From the NCBI GenBank assembly GCA_965235115.1, contig OZ249436.1, positions 24,554,001 to 24,618,000 on the forward strand: DNA of 64,000 bases, written 5' to 3'. Source of the DNA: Laetmonice hystrix (taxonomy: Eukaryota). Under the pieces are notes generated by a model, which was given only the letters and a program-made list of their open reading frames with translations, searched no databases and was not told the origin of the DNA. Below are positions 1-13,800 of the stretch, piece after piece. Position numbers and translations under genes: made by a program. How positions within the stretch are numbered: position 1 is the first letter of the stretch; each line of letters starts with the position of its first letter.

Positions 1-112
1 AACATTTATCCACGGTCTGGCCCAATAACGTGCAACAAGGCATAGTAAGTCAATGCGACCTCGCATGTCAAACCTAACCCGCCCCCCAGCACATGAGCTG
101 GAGATATTCAAA

Positions 113-970
113 TAGCTTGAAAACTAGAATATAGCTTTGCTTAATACCATTATACCATCAACTCGCATTACAGGCCTAATGCGAAGCTCCCAGCCTAAAA
201 CGAGTTTCCAATTAATTTAAAGTTAACAAGATGCACTAATAATCGATTCCAAGCCTAATTAGGCCATTGCTAGTTGGATAACCAAATCTCATACAAAATA
301 CACCCTCCCGGCAGATGACCTGAGAATATTCAACTCTTATGTCCGATATATCCCTGTCCGCTTAGTAGCACCCAGCCGGGCCCCCATTTTGACATTGCAA
401 CACCAATACAGCAAGTGCCCAGCTAACAGCACAAATAACAGGATTCAGGGCTTCCTACCACGTTACAAGTCACAATAGATTGCTGCCTGTCGTAAAAATA
501 TACCAGACCATTTTAAAAAGTCACAGAACCCCAATCCGGCCCTAATATGTCACTCCCAGTACCAATAGACGCTGGAAGCACCATCAACTGAAATTCAGGC
601 CTAGAACCCACCTCTCTCTACCAATATCATGCACCTAGTCCGTATACGAGGTTGTAATTTACTTTAATCAACGGGCTGCGCCGCAGCAACCCACTCTGGT
701 CTTTGCAATCTTTTTCAATATGCGTTAACATTTGTGACCAGCTCAACGCGCCTTGTAAAATTTTTCAAAGTGCGTAAAAGTGTGTGTCCACCCCGACACG
801 CTTTCCAAACCACTATACCCACCGAGCGACATCCACTCAAATACAGGCTTCGACCGATCCTCACTGTGCCAATAATCCGCCACAAGGCAAATTCAGTCAA
901 TGCAAGCTGGAAAATCGAATGTCAAACCTAATGCTCCCCCCCCCCAGCACGTTAACTGAAAATAATCAAC
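113..970. repeat. Monomer A (about 858 bp) of the dimeric unit; first copy shown, phase arbitrary
   Basis: Starts at the 27-bp box tagcttgaaaactagaatatagctttg (113), which recurs at 971. Colinear with monomer B through many shared blocks (ccatcaactcgcat, gctcccagcctaaaacga, ataaccaaatctca, tagtagcaccca, aagtgcgtaaaa, cactatacccacc, atgtcaaacctaa). Confidence 0.93.
936..945 (+). repeat. Length-variable poly-C tract (8-13 C), one per unit
   Basis: 10 C at 936-945, 8 C near 58084, 12 C near 59705 and 13 C near 61330; it accounts for most of the 1752-1757 bp period variation. Confidence 0.9.
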
Positions 971-1866
971 TAGCTTGAAAACTAGAATATAGCTTTGTTA
1001 AGCTAACAATCTACTCTCCCAGCGCCATCAACTCGCATACAGGCGTAAAAGCAAACGCACTGCCCCATATAATGCTCCCAGCCTAAAACGATGTTGCAAT
1101 TAATTTAAAATTAACAAGATGCACTAGTAATCCGATCCAAGCCTAATTACGTCATTGCTAGTTTCATAACCAAATCTCACAGAAAATACCCCACCCGCGC
1201 ACATAACCTGAAAATATTCAACTTTTATCTCCAATGTATCCCTGTGCACCTAGTAGCACCCAAGCGGGCCCAATTTTGACATTCCAACACAAATACCGCA
1301 AATACCCGCCTAATGGCACAAAAAACTTTCTACCCCGTTGCAAGTCACATTAGCTTGCTGCTTGTCGTAAAAAATGGTGCAGACCATTTCTAAAGTCACA
1401 GTACCCCATTCCCGGCCTAATATTACGTTTCAGTATCCATATACGCTGCAAGCGGCAGGAACTCGAATACAGGCCTAAAAGTAACCCCAGTCTAGCAATA
1501 TCATACTCTCATGCCATATACGAGCTTGTAATTATCTTTAATTAATGGGCTCCGCAGCACCAACCCACTGCATTAACATTTGTTTAACAGCTTAACGCAC
1601 CTTGTAAAAAATTTTCAAGTGCGTAAAAATGCGTGTCCACCTCCACATACTTTAAACATCACTATACCCACCCAGCGACATTCACTCTAATACACGCCTA
1701 AGAGGAACTTCACTGTCCCATTTGATTCTCCAGCACGTATAGGATGTTTCAAGTAACATTTATCCACGGTCTGGCCCAATAACGTGCAACAAGGCATAGT
1801 AAGTCAATGCGACCTCGCATGTCAAACCTAACCCGCCCCCCAGCACATGAGCTGGAGATATTCAAA
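971..1866. repeat. Monomer B (about 896 bp) of the dimeric unit; first copy shown; carries the TTAA insertion site
   Basis: Starts at the second 27-bp box (971); the next box is at 1867. Segment 1074-1189 aligns without gaps to 186-301 with about 14 mismatches by hand count; other parts are more diverged and contain indels. Confidence 0.93.
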
Positions 1867-4800
1867 TAGCTTGAAAACTAGAATATAGCTTTGCTTAATA
1901 CCATTATACCATCAACTCGCATTACAGGCCTAATGCGAAGCTCCCAGCCTAAAACGAGTTTCCAATTAATTTAAAGTTAACAAGATGCACTAATAATCGA
2001 TTCCAAGCCTAATTAGGCCATTGCTAGTTGGATAACCAAATCTCATACAAAATACACCCTCCCGGCAGATGACCTGAGAATATTCAACTCTTATGTCCGA
2101 TATATCCCTGTCCGCTTAGTAGCACCCAGCCGGGCCCCCATTTTGACATTGCAACACCAATACAGCAAGTGCCCAGCTAACAGCACAAATAACAGGATTC
2201 AGGGCTTCCTACCACGTTACAAGTCACAATAGATTGCTGCCTGTCGTAAAAATATACCAGACCATTTTAAAAAGTCACAGAACCCCAATCCGGCCCTAAT
2301 ATGTCACTCCCAGTACCAATAGACGCTGGAAGCACCATCAACTGAAATTCAGGCCTAAAACCCACCTCTCTCTACCAATATCATGCACCTAGTCCGTATA
2401 CGAGGTTGTAATTTACTTTAATCAACGGGCTGCGCCGCAGCAACCCACTCTGGTCTTTGCAATCTTTTTCAATATGCGTTAACATTTGTGACCAGCTCAA
2501 CGCGCCTTGTAAAATTTTTCAAAGTGCGTAAAAGTGTGTGTCCACCCCGACACGCTTTCCAAACCACTATACCCACCGAGCGACATCCACTCAAATACAG
2601 GCTTCGACCGATCCTCACTGTGCCAATAATCCGCCACAAGGCAAATTCAGTCAATGCAAGCTGGAAAATCGAATGTCAAACCTAATGCTCCCCCCCCCAG
2701 CACGTTAACTGAAAAAAATCAACTAGCTTGAAAACTAGAATATAGCTTTGTTTAGCTAACAATCTACTCTCCCAGCGCCATCAACTCGCATACAGGCGTA
2801 AAAGCAAACGCACTGCCCCATATAATGCTCCCAGCCTAAGACGATGTTGCAATTAATTTAAGATTAACAAGATGCACTAGTAATCCGATCCAAGCCTAAT
2901 TACGTCATTGCTAGTTTCATAACCAAATCTCACAGAAAATACCCCACCCGCGCACATAACCTGAAAATATTTAACTTTTATCTCCAATGTATCCCTGTGC
3001 ACCTAGTAGCACACAAGCGGGCCCAATTTTGACATCCCAACACAAATACCGCAAATACCCGCCTAATGGCACAAAAAACTTTCTACCCCGTTGCAAGTCA
3101 CATTAGCGTGCTGCTTGTCGTAAAAAATGGTGCAGACCATTTCTAAAGTCACAGTACCCCACTCCCGGCCTAATATTACGTTTCAGTATCCATATACGCT
3201 GCAAGCGGCAGGAACTCGAATACAGGCCTAAAAGTAACCTCAGTCTAGCAATATCATACTCCCATGCCATATACGAGCTTGTAATTATCTTTAATTAATG
3301 GGCTCCGCAGCACCAACCCACTGCATTAACATTTGTTTAACAGCTTAACGCACCTTGTAAAATTTTTTCAAGTGCGTAAAAATGCGTGTCCACCTCCACA
3401 TACTTTAAAAATCACTATACCCACCCAGCGACATCCACTCTAATACACGCCTAAAAGGAACTTCACTGTCCCATTTGATTCTCCAGCACGTATAGGATGT
3501 TTCAAGTAACATTCATCCACGGTCTGGCCCAATAACGTGCAGCAAGGCATAGTAAGTCAATGCGAGCTCGCATGTCAAACCTAACCCGCCCCCAAGCACA
3601 TGAGCTGAAAATATTCAAATAGCTTGAAAACTAGAATATAGCTTTGCTTAATACCATTATACCATCAACTCGCATTACAGGCCTAATGCGAAGCTCCCAG
3701 CCTAAAACGAGTTTCCAATTAATTTAAAGTTAACAAGATGCACTAATAATCGATTCCAAGCCTAATTAGGCCATTGCTAGTTGGATAACCAAATCTCATA
3801 CAAAATACACCCTCCCGGCAGATGACCTGAGAATATTCAACTCTTATGTCCGATATATCCCTGTCCGCTTAGTAGCACCCAGCCGGGCCCCCATTTTGAC
3901 ATTGCAACACCAATACAGCAAGTGCCCAGCTAACAGCACAAATAACAGGATTCAGGGCTTCCTACCACGTTACAAGTCACAATAGATTGCTGCCTGTCGT
4001 AAAAATATACCAGACCATTTTAAAAAGTCACAGAACCCCAATCCGGCCCTAATATGTCACTCCCAGTACCAATACACGCTGGAAGCACCATCAACTGAAA
4101 TTCAGGCCTAGAACCCACCTCTCTCTACCAATATCATGCACCTAGTCCGTATACGAGGTTGTAATTTACTTTAATCAACGGGCTGCGCCGCAGCAACCCA
4201 CTCTGGTCTTTGCAATCTTTTTCAATATGCGTTAACATTTGTGACCAGCTCAACGCGCCTTGTAAAATTTTTCAAAGTGCGTAAAAGTGTGTGTCCACCC
4301 CGACACGCTTTCCAAACCACTATACCCACCGAGCGACATCCACTCAAATACAGGCTTCGACCGATCCTCACTGTGCCAATAATCCGCCACAAGGCAAATT
4401 CAGTCAATGCAAGCTGGAAAATCGAATGTCAAACCTAATACTCCCCCCCCCAGCACGTTAACTGAAAATAATCAACTAGCTTGAAAACTAGAATATAGCT
4501 TTGTTTAGCTAACAATCTACTCTCCCAGCGCCATCAACTCGCATACAGGCGTAAAAGCAAACGCACTGCCCCATATAATGCTCCCAGCCTAAAACGATGT
4601 TGCAATTAATTTAAAATTAACAAGATGCACTAGTAATCCGATCCAAGCTTAATTACGTCATTGCTAGTTTCATAACCAAATCTCACAGAAAATACCCCAC
4701 CCGGGCACATAACCTGAAAATATTCAACTTTTATCTCCAATGTATCCCTGTGCACCTAGTAGCACCCAAGCGGGCCCAATTTTGACATCCCAACACAAAT

Positions 4801-7800
4801 ACCGCAAATACCCGCCTAATGGCACAAAAAACTTTCTACCCCGTTGCAAGTCACATTAGCGTGCTGCTTGTCGTAAAAAATGGTGCAGACCATTTCTAAA
4901 GTCACAGTACCCCACTCCCGGCCTAATATTACGTTTCAGTATCCATATACGCTGCAAGCGGCAGGAACTCGAATACAGGCCTAAAAGTAACCTCAGTCTA
5001 GCAATATCATACTCCCATGCCATATACGAGCTTGTAATTATCTTTAATTAATGGGCTCCGCAGCACCAACCCACTGCATTAACATTTGTTTAACAGCTTA
5101 ACACACCTTGTAAAATTTTTTCAAGTGCGTAAAAATGCGTGTCCACCTCCACATACTTTAAAAATCACTATACCCACCCAGCGACATCCACTCTAATACA
5201 CGCCTAAAAGGAACTTCACTGTCCCATTTGATTCTCCAGCACGTATAGGATGTTTCAAGTAACATTCATCCACGGTCTGGCCCAATAACGTGCAACAAGG
5301 CATAGTAAGTCAATGCGAGCTCGCATGTCAAACCTAACCCGCCCCCAAGCACATGAGCTGAAAATATTCAAATAGCTTGAAAACTAGAATATAGCTTTGC
5401 TTAATACCATTATACCATCAACTCGCATTACAGGCCTAATGCGAAGCTCCCAGCCTAAAACGAGTTTCCAATTAATTTAAAGTTAACAAGATGCACTAAT
5501 AATCGATTCCAAGCCTAATTAGGCCATTGCTAGTTGGATAACCAAATCTCATACAAAATACACCCTCCCGGCAGATGACCTGAGAATATTCAACTCTTAT
5601 GTCCGATATATCCCTGTCCGCTTAGTAGCACCCAGCCGGGCCCCCATTTTGACATTGCAACACCAATACAGCAAGTGCCCAGCTAACAGCACAAATAACA
5701 GGATTCAGGGCTTCCTACCACGTTACAAGTCACAATAGATTGCTGCCTGTCGTAAAAATATACCAGACCATTTTAAAAAGTCACAGAACCCCAATCCGGC
5801 CCTAATATGTCACTCCCAGTACCAATAGACGCTGGAAGCACCATCAACTGAAATTCAGGCCTAGAACCCACCTCTCTCTACCAATATCATGCACCTAGTC
5901 CGTATACGAGGTTGTAATTTCCTTTAATCAACGGGCTGCGCCGCAGCAACCCACTCTGGTCTTTGCAATCTTTTTCAATATGCGTTAACATTTGTGACCA
6001 GCTCAACGCGCCTTGTAAAATTTTTCAAAGTGCGTAAAAGTGTGTGTCCACCCCGACACGCTTTCCAAACCACTATACCCACCGAGCGACATCCACTCAA
6101 ATACAGGCTTCGACCGATCCTCACTGTGCCAATAATCCGCCACAAGGCAAATTCAGTCAATGCAAGCTAGAAAATCGAATGTCAAACCTAATGCTCCCCC
6201 CCCCAGCACGTTAACTGAAAATAATCAACTAGCTTGAAAACTAGAATATAGCTTTGTTAAGCTAACAATCTACTCTCCCAGCGCCATCAACTCGCATACA
6301 GGCGTAAAAGCAAACGCACTGCCCCATATAATGCTTCCAGCCTAAAACGATGTTGCAATTAATTTAAAATTAACAAGATGCACTAGTAATCCGATCCAAG
6401 CCTAATTACGTCATTGCTAGTTTCATAACCAAATCTCACAGAAAATACCCCACCCGCGCACATAACCTGAAAATATTCAACTTTTATCTCCAATGTATCC
6501 CTGTGCACCTAGTAGCACCCAAGCGGGCCCAATTTTGACATTCCAACACAAATACCGCAAATACCCGCCTAATGGCACAAAAAACTTTCTACCCCGTTGC
6601 AAGTCACATTAGCTTGCTGCTTGTCGTAAAAAATGGTGCAGACCATTTCTAAAGTCACAGTACCCCACTCCCGGCCTAATATTACGTTTCAGTATCCATA
6701 TACGCTGCAAGCGGCAGGAACTCGAATACAGGCCTAAAAGTAACCCCAGTCTAGCAATATCATACTCTCATGCCATATACGAGCTTGTAATTATCTTTAA
6801 TTAATGGGCTCCGCAGCACCAACCCACTGCATTAACATTTGTTTAACAGCTTAACGCACCTTGTAAAAAATTTTCAAGTGCGTAAAAATGCGTGTCCACC
6901 TCCACATACTTTAAAAATCACTATACCCACCCAGCGACATTCACTCTAATACACGCCTAAGAGGAACTTCACTGTCCCATTTGATTCTCCAGCACGTATA
7001 GGATGTTTCAAGTAACATTTATCCACGGTCTGGCCCAATAACGTGCAACAAGGCATAGTAAGTCAATGCGACCTCGCATGTCAAACCTAACCCGCCCCCC
7101 AGCACATGAGCTGGAGATATTCAAATAGCTTGAAAACTAGAACATAGCTTTGCTTAATACCATTATACCATCAACTCGCATTACAGGCCTAATGCGAAGC
7201 TCCCAGCCTAAAACGAGTTTCCAATTAATTTAAAGTTAACAAGATGCACTAATAATCGATTCCAAGCCTAATTAGGCCATTGCTAGTTGGATAACCAAAT
7301 CTCATACAAAATACACCCTCCCGGCAGATGACCTGAGAATATTCAACTCTTATGTCCGATATATCCCTGTCCGCTTAGTAGCACCCAGCCGGGCCCCCAT
7401 TTTGACATTGCAACACCAATACAGCAAGTGCCCAGCTAACAGCACAAATAACAGGATTCAGGGCTTCCTACCACGTTACAAGTCACAATAGATTGCTGCC
7501 TGTCGTAAAAATATACCAGACCATTTTAAAAAGTCACAGAACCCCAATCCGGCCCTAATATGTCACTCCCAGTACCAATAGACGCTGGAAGCACCATCAA
7601 CTGAAATTCAGGCCTAGAACCCACCTCTCTCTACCAATATCATGCACCTAGTCCGTATACGAGGTTGTAATTTACTTTAATCAACGGGCTGCGCCGCAGC
7701 AACCCACTCTGGTCTTTGCAATCTTTTTCAATATGCGTTAACATTTGTGACCAGCTCAACGCGCCTTGTAAAATTTTTCAAAGTGCGTAAAAGTGTGTGT

Positions 7801-10800
7801 CCACCCCGACACGCTTTCCAAACCACTATACCCACCGAGCGACATCCACTCAAATACAGGCTTCGACCGATCCTCACTGTGCCAATAATCCGCCACAAGG
7901 CAAATTCAGTCAATGCAAGCTGGAAAATCGAATGTCAAACCTAATGCTCCCCCCCCCCCAGCACGTTAACTGAAAATAATCAACTAGCTTGAAAACTAGA
8001 ATATAGCTTTGTTAAGCTAACAATCTACTCTCCCAGCGCCATCAACTCGCATACAGGCGTAAAAGCAAACGCACTGCCCCATATAATGCTCCCAGCCTAA
8101 AACGATGTTGCAATTAATTTAAAATTAACAAGATGCACTAGTAATCCGATCCAAGCCTAATTACGTCATTGCTAGTTTCATAACCAAATCTCACAGAAAA
8201 TACCCCACCCGCGCACATAACCTGAAAATATTCAACTTTTATCTCCAATGTATCCCTGTGCACCTAGTAGCACCCAAGCGGGCCCAATTTTGACATTCCA
8301 ACACAAATACCGCAAATACCCGCCTAATGGCACAAAAAACTTTCTACCCCGTTGCAAGTCACATTAGCTTGCTGCTTGTCGTAAAAAATGGTGCAGACCA
8401 TTTCTAAAGTCACAGTACCCCACTCCCGGCCTAATATTACGTTTCAGTATCCATATACGCTGCAAGCGGCAGGAACTCGAATACAGGCCTAAAAGTAACC
8501 CCAGTCTAGCAATATCATACTCTCATGCCATATACGAGCTTGTAATTATCTTTAATTAATGGGCTCCGCAGCACCAACCCACTGCATTAACATTTGTTTA
8601 ACAGCTTAACGCACCTTGTAAAAAATTTTCAAGTGCGTAAAAATGCGTGTCCACCTCCACATACTTTAAACATCACTATACCCACCCAGCGACATTCACT
8701 CTAATACACGCCTAAGAGGAACTTCACTGTCCCATTTGATTCTCCAGCACGTATAGGATGTTTCAAGTAACATTTATCCACGGTCTGGCCCAATAACGTG
8801 CAACAAGGCATAGTAAGTCAATGCGACCTCGCATGTCAAACCTAACCCGCCCCCCAGCACATGAGCTGGAGATATTCAAATAGCTTGAAAACTAGAATAT
8901 AGCTTTGCTTAATACCATTATACCATCAACTCGCATTACAGGCCTAATGCGAAGCTCCCAGCCTAAAACGAGTTTCCAATTAATTTAAAGTTAACAAGAT
9001 GCACTAATAATCGATTCCAAGCCTAATTAGGCCATTGCTAGTTGGATAACCAAATCTCATACAAAATACACCCTCCCGGCAGATGACCTGAGAATATTCA
9101 ACTCTTATGTCCGATATATCCCTGTCCGCTTAGTAGCACCCAGCCGGGCCCCCATTTTGACATTGCAACACCAATACAGCAAGTGCCCAGCTAACAGCAC
9201 AAATAACAGGATTCAGGGCTTCCTACCACGTTACAAGTCACAATAGATTGCTGCCTGTCGTAAAAATATACCAGACCATTTTAAAAAGTCACAGAACCCC
9301 AATCCGGCCCTAATATGTCACTCCCAGTACCAATAGACGCTGGAAGCACCATCAACTGAAATTCAGGCCTAGAACCCACCTCTCTCTACCAATATCATGC
9401 ACCTAGTCCGTATACGAGGTTGTAATTTACTTTAATCAACGGGCTGCGCCGCAGCAACCCACTCTGGTCTTTGCAATCTTTTTCAATATGCGTTAACATT
9501 TGTGACCAGCTCAACGCGCCTTGTAAAATTTTTCAAAGTGCGTAAAAGTGTGTGTCCACCCCGACACGCTTTCCAAACCACTATACCCACCGAGCGACAT
9601 CCACTCAAATACAGGCTTCGACCGATCCTCACTGTGCCAATAATCCGCCACAAGGCAAATTCAGTCAATGCAAGCTGGAAAATCGAATGTCAAACCTAAT
9701 GCTCCCCCCCCCCAGCACGTTAACTGAAAATAATCAACTAGCTTGAAAACTAGAATATAGCTTTGTTAAGCTAACAATCTACTCTCCCAGCGCCATCAAC
9801 TCGCATACAGGCGTAAAAGCAAACGCACTGCCCCATATAATGCTCCCAGCCTAAAACGATGTTGCAATTAATTTAAAATTAACAAGATGCACTAGTAATC
9901 CGATCCAAGCCTAATTACGTCATTGCTAGTTTCATAACCAAATCTCACAGAAAATACCCCACCCGCGCACATAACCTGAAAATATTCAACTTTTATCTCC
10001 AATGTATCCCTGTGCACCTAGTAGCACCCAAGCGGGCCCAATTTTGACATTCCAACACAAATACCGCAAATACCCGCCTAATGGCACAAAAAACTTTCTA
10101 CCCCGTTGCAAGTCACATTAGCTTGCTGCTTGTCGTAAAAAATGGTGCAGACCATTTCTAAAGTCACAGTACCCCACTCCCGGCCTAATATTACGTTTCA
10201 GTATCCATATACGCTGCAAGCGGCAAGAACTCGAATACAGGCCTAAAAGTAACCCCAGTCTAGCAATATCATACTCTCATGCCATATACGAGCTTGTAAT
10301 TATCTTTAATTAATGGGCTCCGCAGCACCAACCCACTGCATTAACATTTGTTTAACAGCTTAACGCACCTTGTAAAAAATTTTCAAGTGCGTAAAAATGC
10401 GTGTCCACCTCCACATACTTTAAAAATCACTATACCCACCCAGCGACATTCACTCTAATACACGCCTAAGAGGAACTTCACTGTCCCATTTGATTCTCCA
10501 GCACGTATAGGATGTTTCAAGTAACATTCATCCACGGTCTGGCCCAATAACGTGCAACAAGGCATAGTAAGTCAATGCGAGCTCGCATGTCAAACCTAAC
10601 CCGCCCCCCAGCACATGAGCTGAAAATATTCAAATAGCTTGAAAACTAGAATATAGCTTTGCTTAATACCATTATACCATCAACTCGCATTACAGGCCTA
10701 ATGCGAAGCTCCCAGCCTAAAACGAGTTTCCAATTAATTTAAAGTTAACAAGATGCACTAATAATCGATTCCAAGCCTAATTAGGCCATTGCTAGTTGGA

Positions 10801-13800
10801 TAACCAAATCTCATACAAAATACACCCTCCCGGCAGATGACCTGAGAATATTCAACTCTTATGTCCGATATATCCCTGTCCGCTTTGTAGCACCCAGCCG
10901 GGCCCCCATTTTGACATTGCAACACCAATACAGCAAGTGCCCAGCTAACAGCACAAATAACAGGATTCAGGGCTTCCTACCACGTTACAAGTCACAATAG
11001 ATTGCTGCCTGTCGTAAAAATATACCAGACCATTTTAAAAAGTCACAGAACCCCAATCCGGCCCTAATATGTCACTCCCAGTACCAATACACTCTGGAAG
11101 CACCATCAACTGAAATTCAGGCCTAGAACCCACCTCTCTCTACCAATATCATGCACCTAGTCCGTATACGAGGTTGTAATTTACTTTAATCAACGGGCTG
11201 CGCCGCAGCAACCCACTCTGGTCTTTGCAATCTTTTTCAATATGCGTTAACATTTGTAACCAGCTCAACGCGCCTTGTAAAATTTTTCAAAGTGCGTAAA
11301 AGTGTGTGTCCACCCCGACACGCTTTCCAAACCACTATACCCACCGAGCGACATCCACTCAAATACAGGCTTCGACCGATCCTCACTGTGCCAATAATCC
11401 GCCACAAGGCAAATTCAGTCAATGCAAGCTGGAAAATCGAATGTCAAACCTAATACTCCCCCCCCAGCACGTTAACTGAAAATAATCAACTAGCTTGAAA
11501 ACTAGAATATAGCTTTGTTTAGCTAACAATCTACTCTCCCAGCGCCATCAACTCGCATACAGGCGTAAAAGCAAACGCACTGCCCCATATAATGCTCCCA
11601 GCCTAAAACGATGTTGCAATTAATTTAAAATTAACAAGATGCACTAGTAATCCGATCCAAGCTTAATTACGTCATTGCTAGTTTCATAACCAAATCTCAC
11701 AGAAAATACCCCACCCGGGCACATAACCTGAAAATATTCAACTTTTATCTCCAATGTATCCCTGTGCACCTAGTAGCACCCAAGCGGGCCCAATTTTGAC
11801 ATCCCAACACAAATACCGCAAATACCCGCCTAATGGCACAAAAAACTTTCTACCCCGTTGCAAGTCACATTAGCGTGCTGCTTGTCGTAAAAAATGGTGC
11901 AGACCATTTCTAAAGTCACAGTACCCCACTCCCGGCCTAATATTACGTTTCAGTATCCATATACGCTGCAAGCGGCAGGAACTCGAATACAGGCCTAAAA
12001 GTAACCTCAGTCTAGCAATATCATACTCCCATGCCATATACGAGCTTGTAATTATCTTTAATTAATGGGCTCCGCAGCACCAACCCACTGCATTAACATT
12101 TGTTTAACAGCTTAACACACCTTGTAAAATTTTTTCAAGTGCGTAAAAATGCGTGTCCACCTCCACATACTTTAAAAATCACTATACCCACCCAGCGACA
12201 TCCACTCTAATACACGCCTAAAAGGAACTTCACTGTCCCATTTGATTCTCCAGCACGTATAGGATGTTTCAAGTAACATTCATCCACGGTCTGGCCCAAT
12301 AACGTGCAACAAGGCATAGTAAGTCAATGCGAGCTCGCATGTCAAACCTAACCCGCCCCCAAGCACATGAGCTGAAAATATTCAAATAGCTTGAAAACTA
12401 GAATATAGCTTTGCTTAATACCATTATACCATCAACTCGCATTACAGGCCTAATGCGAAGCTCCCAGCCTAAAACGAGTTTCCAATTAATTTAAAGTTAA
12501 CAAGATGCACTAATAATCGATTCCAAGCCTAATTAGGCCATTGCTAGTTGGATAACCAAATCTCATACAAAATACACCCTCCCGGCAGATGACCTGAGAA
12601 TATTCAACTCTTATGTCCGATATATCCCTGTCCGCTTAGTAGCACCCAGCCGGGCCCCCATTTTGACATTGCAACACCAATACAGCAAGTGCCCAGCTAA
12701 CAGCACAAATAACAGGATTCAGGGCTTCCTACCACGTTACAAGTCACAATAGATTGCTGCCTGTCGTAAAAATATACCAGACCATTTTAAAAAGTCACAG
12801 AACCCCAATCCGGCCCTAATATGTCACTCCCAGTACCAATAGACGCTGGAAGCACCATCAACTGAAATTCAGGCCTAGAACCCACCTCTCTCTACCAATA
12901 TCATGCACCTAGTCCGTATACGAGGTTGTAATTTCCTTTAATCAACGGGCTGCGCCGCAGCAACCCACTCTGGTCTTTGCAATCTTTTTCAATATGCGTT
13001 AACATTTGTGACCAGCTCAACGCGCCTTGTAAAATTTTTCAAAGTGCGTAAAAGTGTGTGTCCACCCCGACACGCTTTCCAAACCACTATACCCACCGAG
13101 CGACATCCACTCAAATACAGGCTTCGACCGATCCTCACTGTGCCAATAATCCGCCACAAGGCAAATTCAGTCAATGCAAGCTGGAAAATCGAATGTCAAA
13201 CCTAATGCTCCCCCCCCCCAGCACGTTAACTGAAAATAATCAACTAGCTTGAAAACTAGAATATAGCTTTGTTTAGCTAACAATCTACTCTCCCAGCGCC
13301 ATCAACTCGCATACAGGCGTAAAAGCAAACGCACTGCCCCATATAATGCTCCCAGCATAAAACGATGTTGCAATTAATTTAAAATTAACAAGATGCACTA
13401 GTAATCCGATCCAAGCCTAATTACGTCATTGCTAGTTTCATAACCAAATCTCACAGAAAATACCCCACCCGCGCACATAACCTGAAAATATTCAACTTTT
13501 ATCTCCAATGTATCCCTGTGCACCTAGTAGCACCCAAGCGGGCCCAATTTTGACATTCCAACACAAATACCGCAAATACCCGCCTAATGGCACAAAAAAC
13601 TTTCTACCCCGTTGCAAGTCACATTAGCTTGCTGCTTGTCGTAAAAAATGGTGCAGACCATTTCTAAAGTCACAGTACCCCACTCCCGGCCTAATATTAC
13701 GTTTCAGTATCCATATACGCTGCAAGCGGCAGGAACTCGAATACAGGCCTAAAAGTAACCCTAGTCTAGCAATATCATACTCTCATGCCATATACGAGCT

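Noticed and set aside
790..815. CENP-B-box-like motif (cgctttccaaac)
   Set aside because: Does not match the essential positions of the 17-bp CENP-B box.
936..945. Poly-C tract as a phase-variation switch
   Set aside because: No credible gene depends on it; the length variation fits slippage or long-read homopolymer error.
715..978. Recurrent 61-65 aa ORFs on both strands in every unit
   Set aside because: Short, overlapping in three frames, no recognisable domain, dependent on alternative starts and poly-C length, and not preserved in the homologous part of monomer B. Identity between copies reflects array homogenisation.
113..997. 27-bp exact repeat as a CRISPR direct repeat
   Set aside because: The intervening sequences are about 830-870 bp, homologous to each other and repeated, and there are no cas genes.
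1..1754. Tandem RNA-gene cluster (5S rRNA, U snRNA, SL RNA, tRNA) as the reason for a 1.75-kb unit
   Set aside because: No hallmark sequences recognised on either strand. A TTCGA on the minus strand near 1463-1468 lacks a proper B box or cloverleaf and is not conserved in monomer A. An Infernal/Rfam scan would be needed to exclude a divergent RNA.
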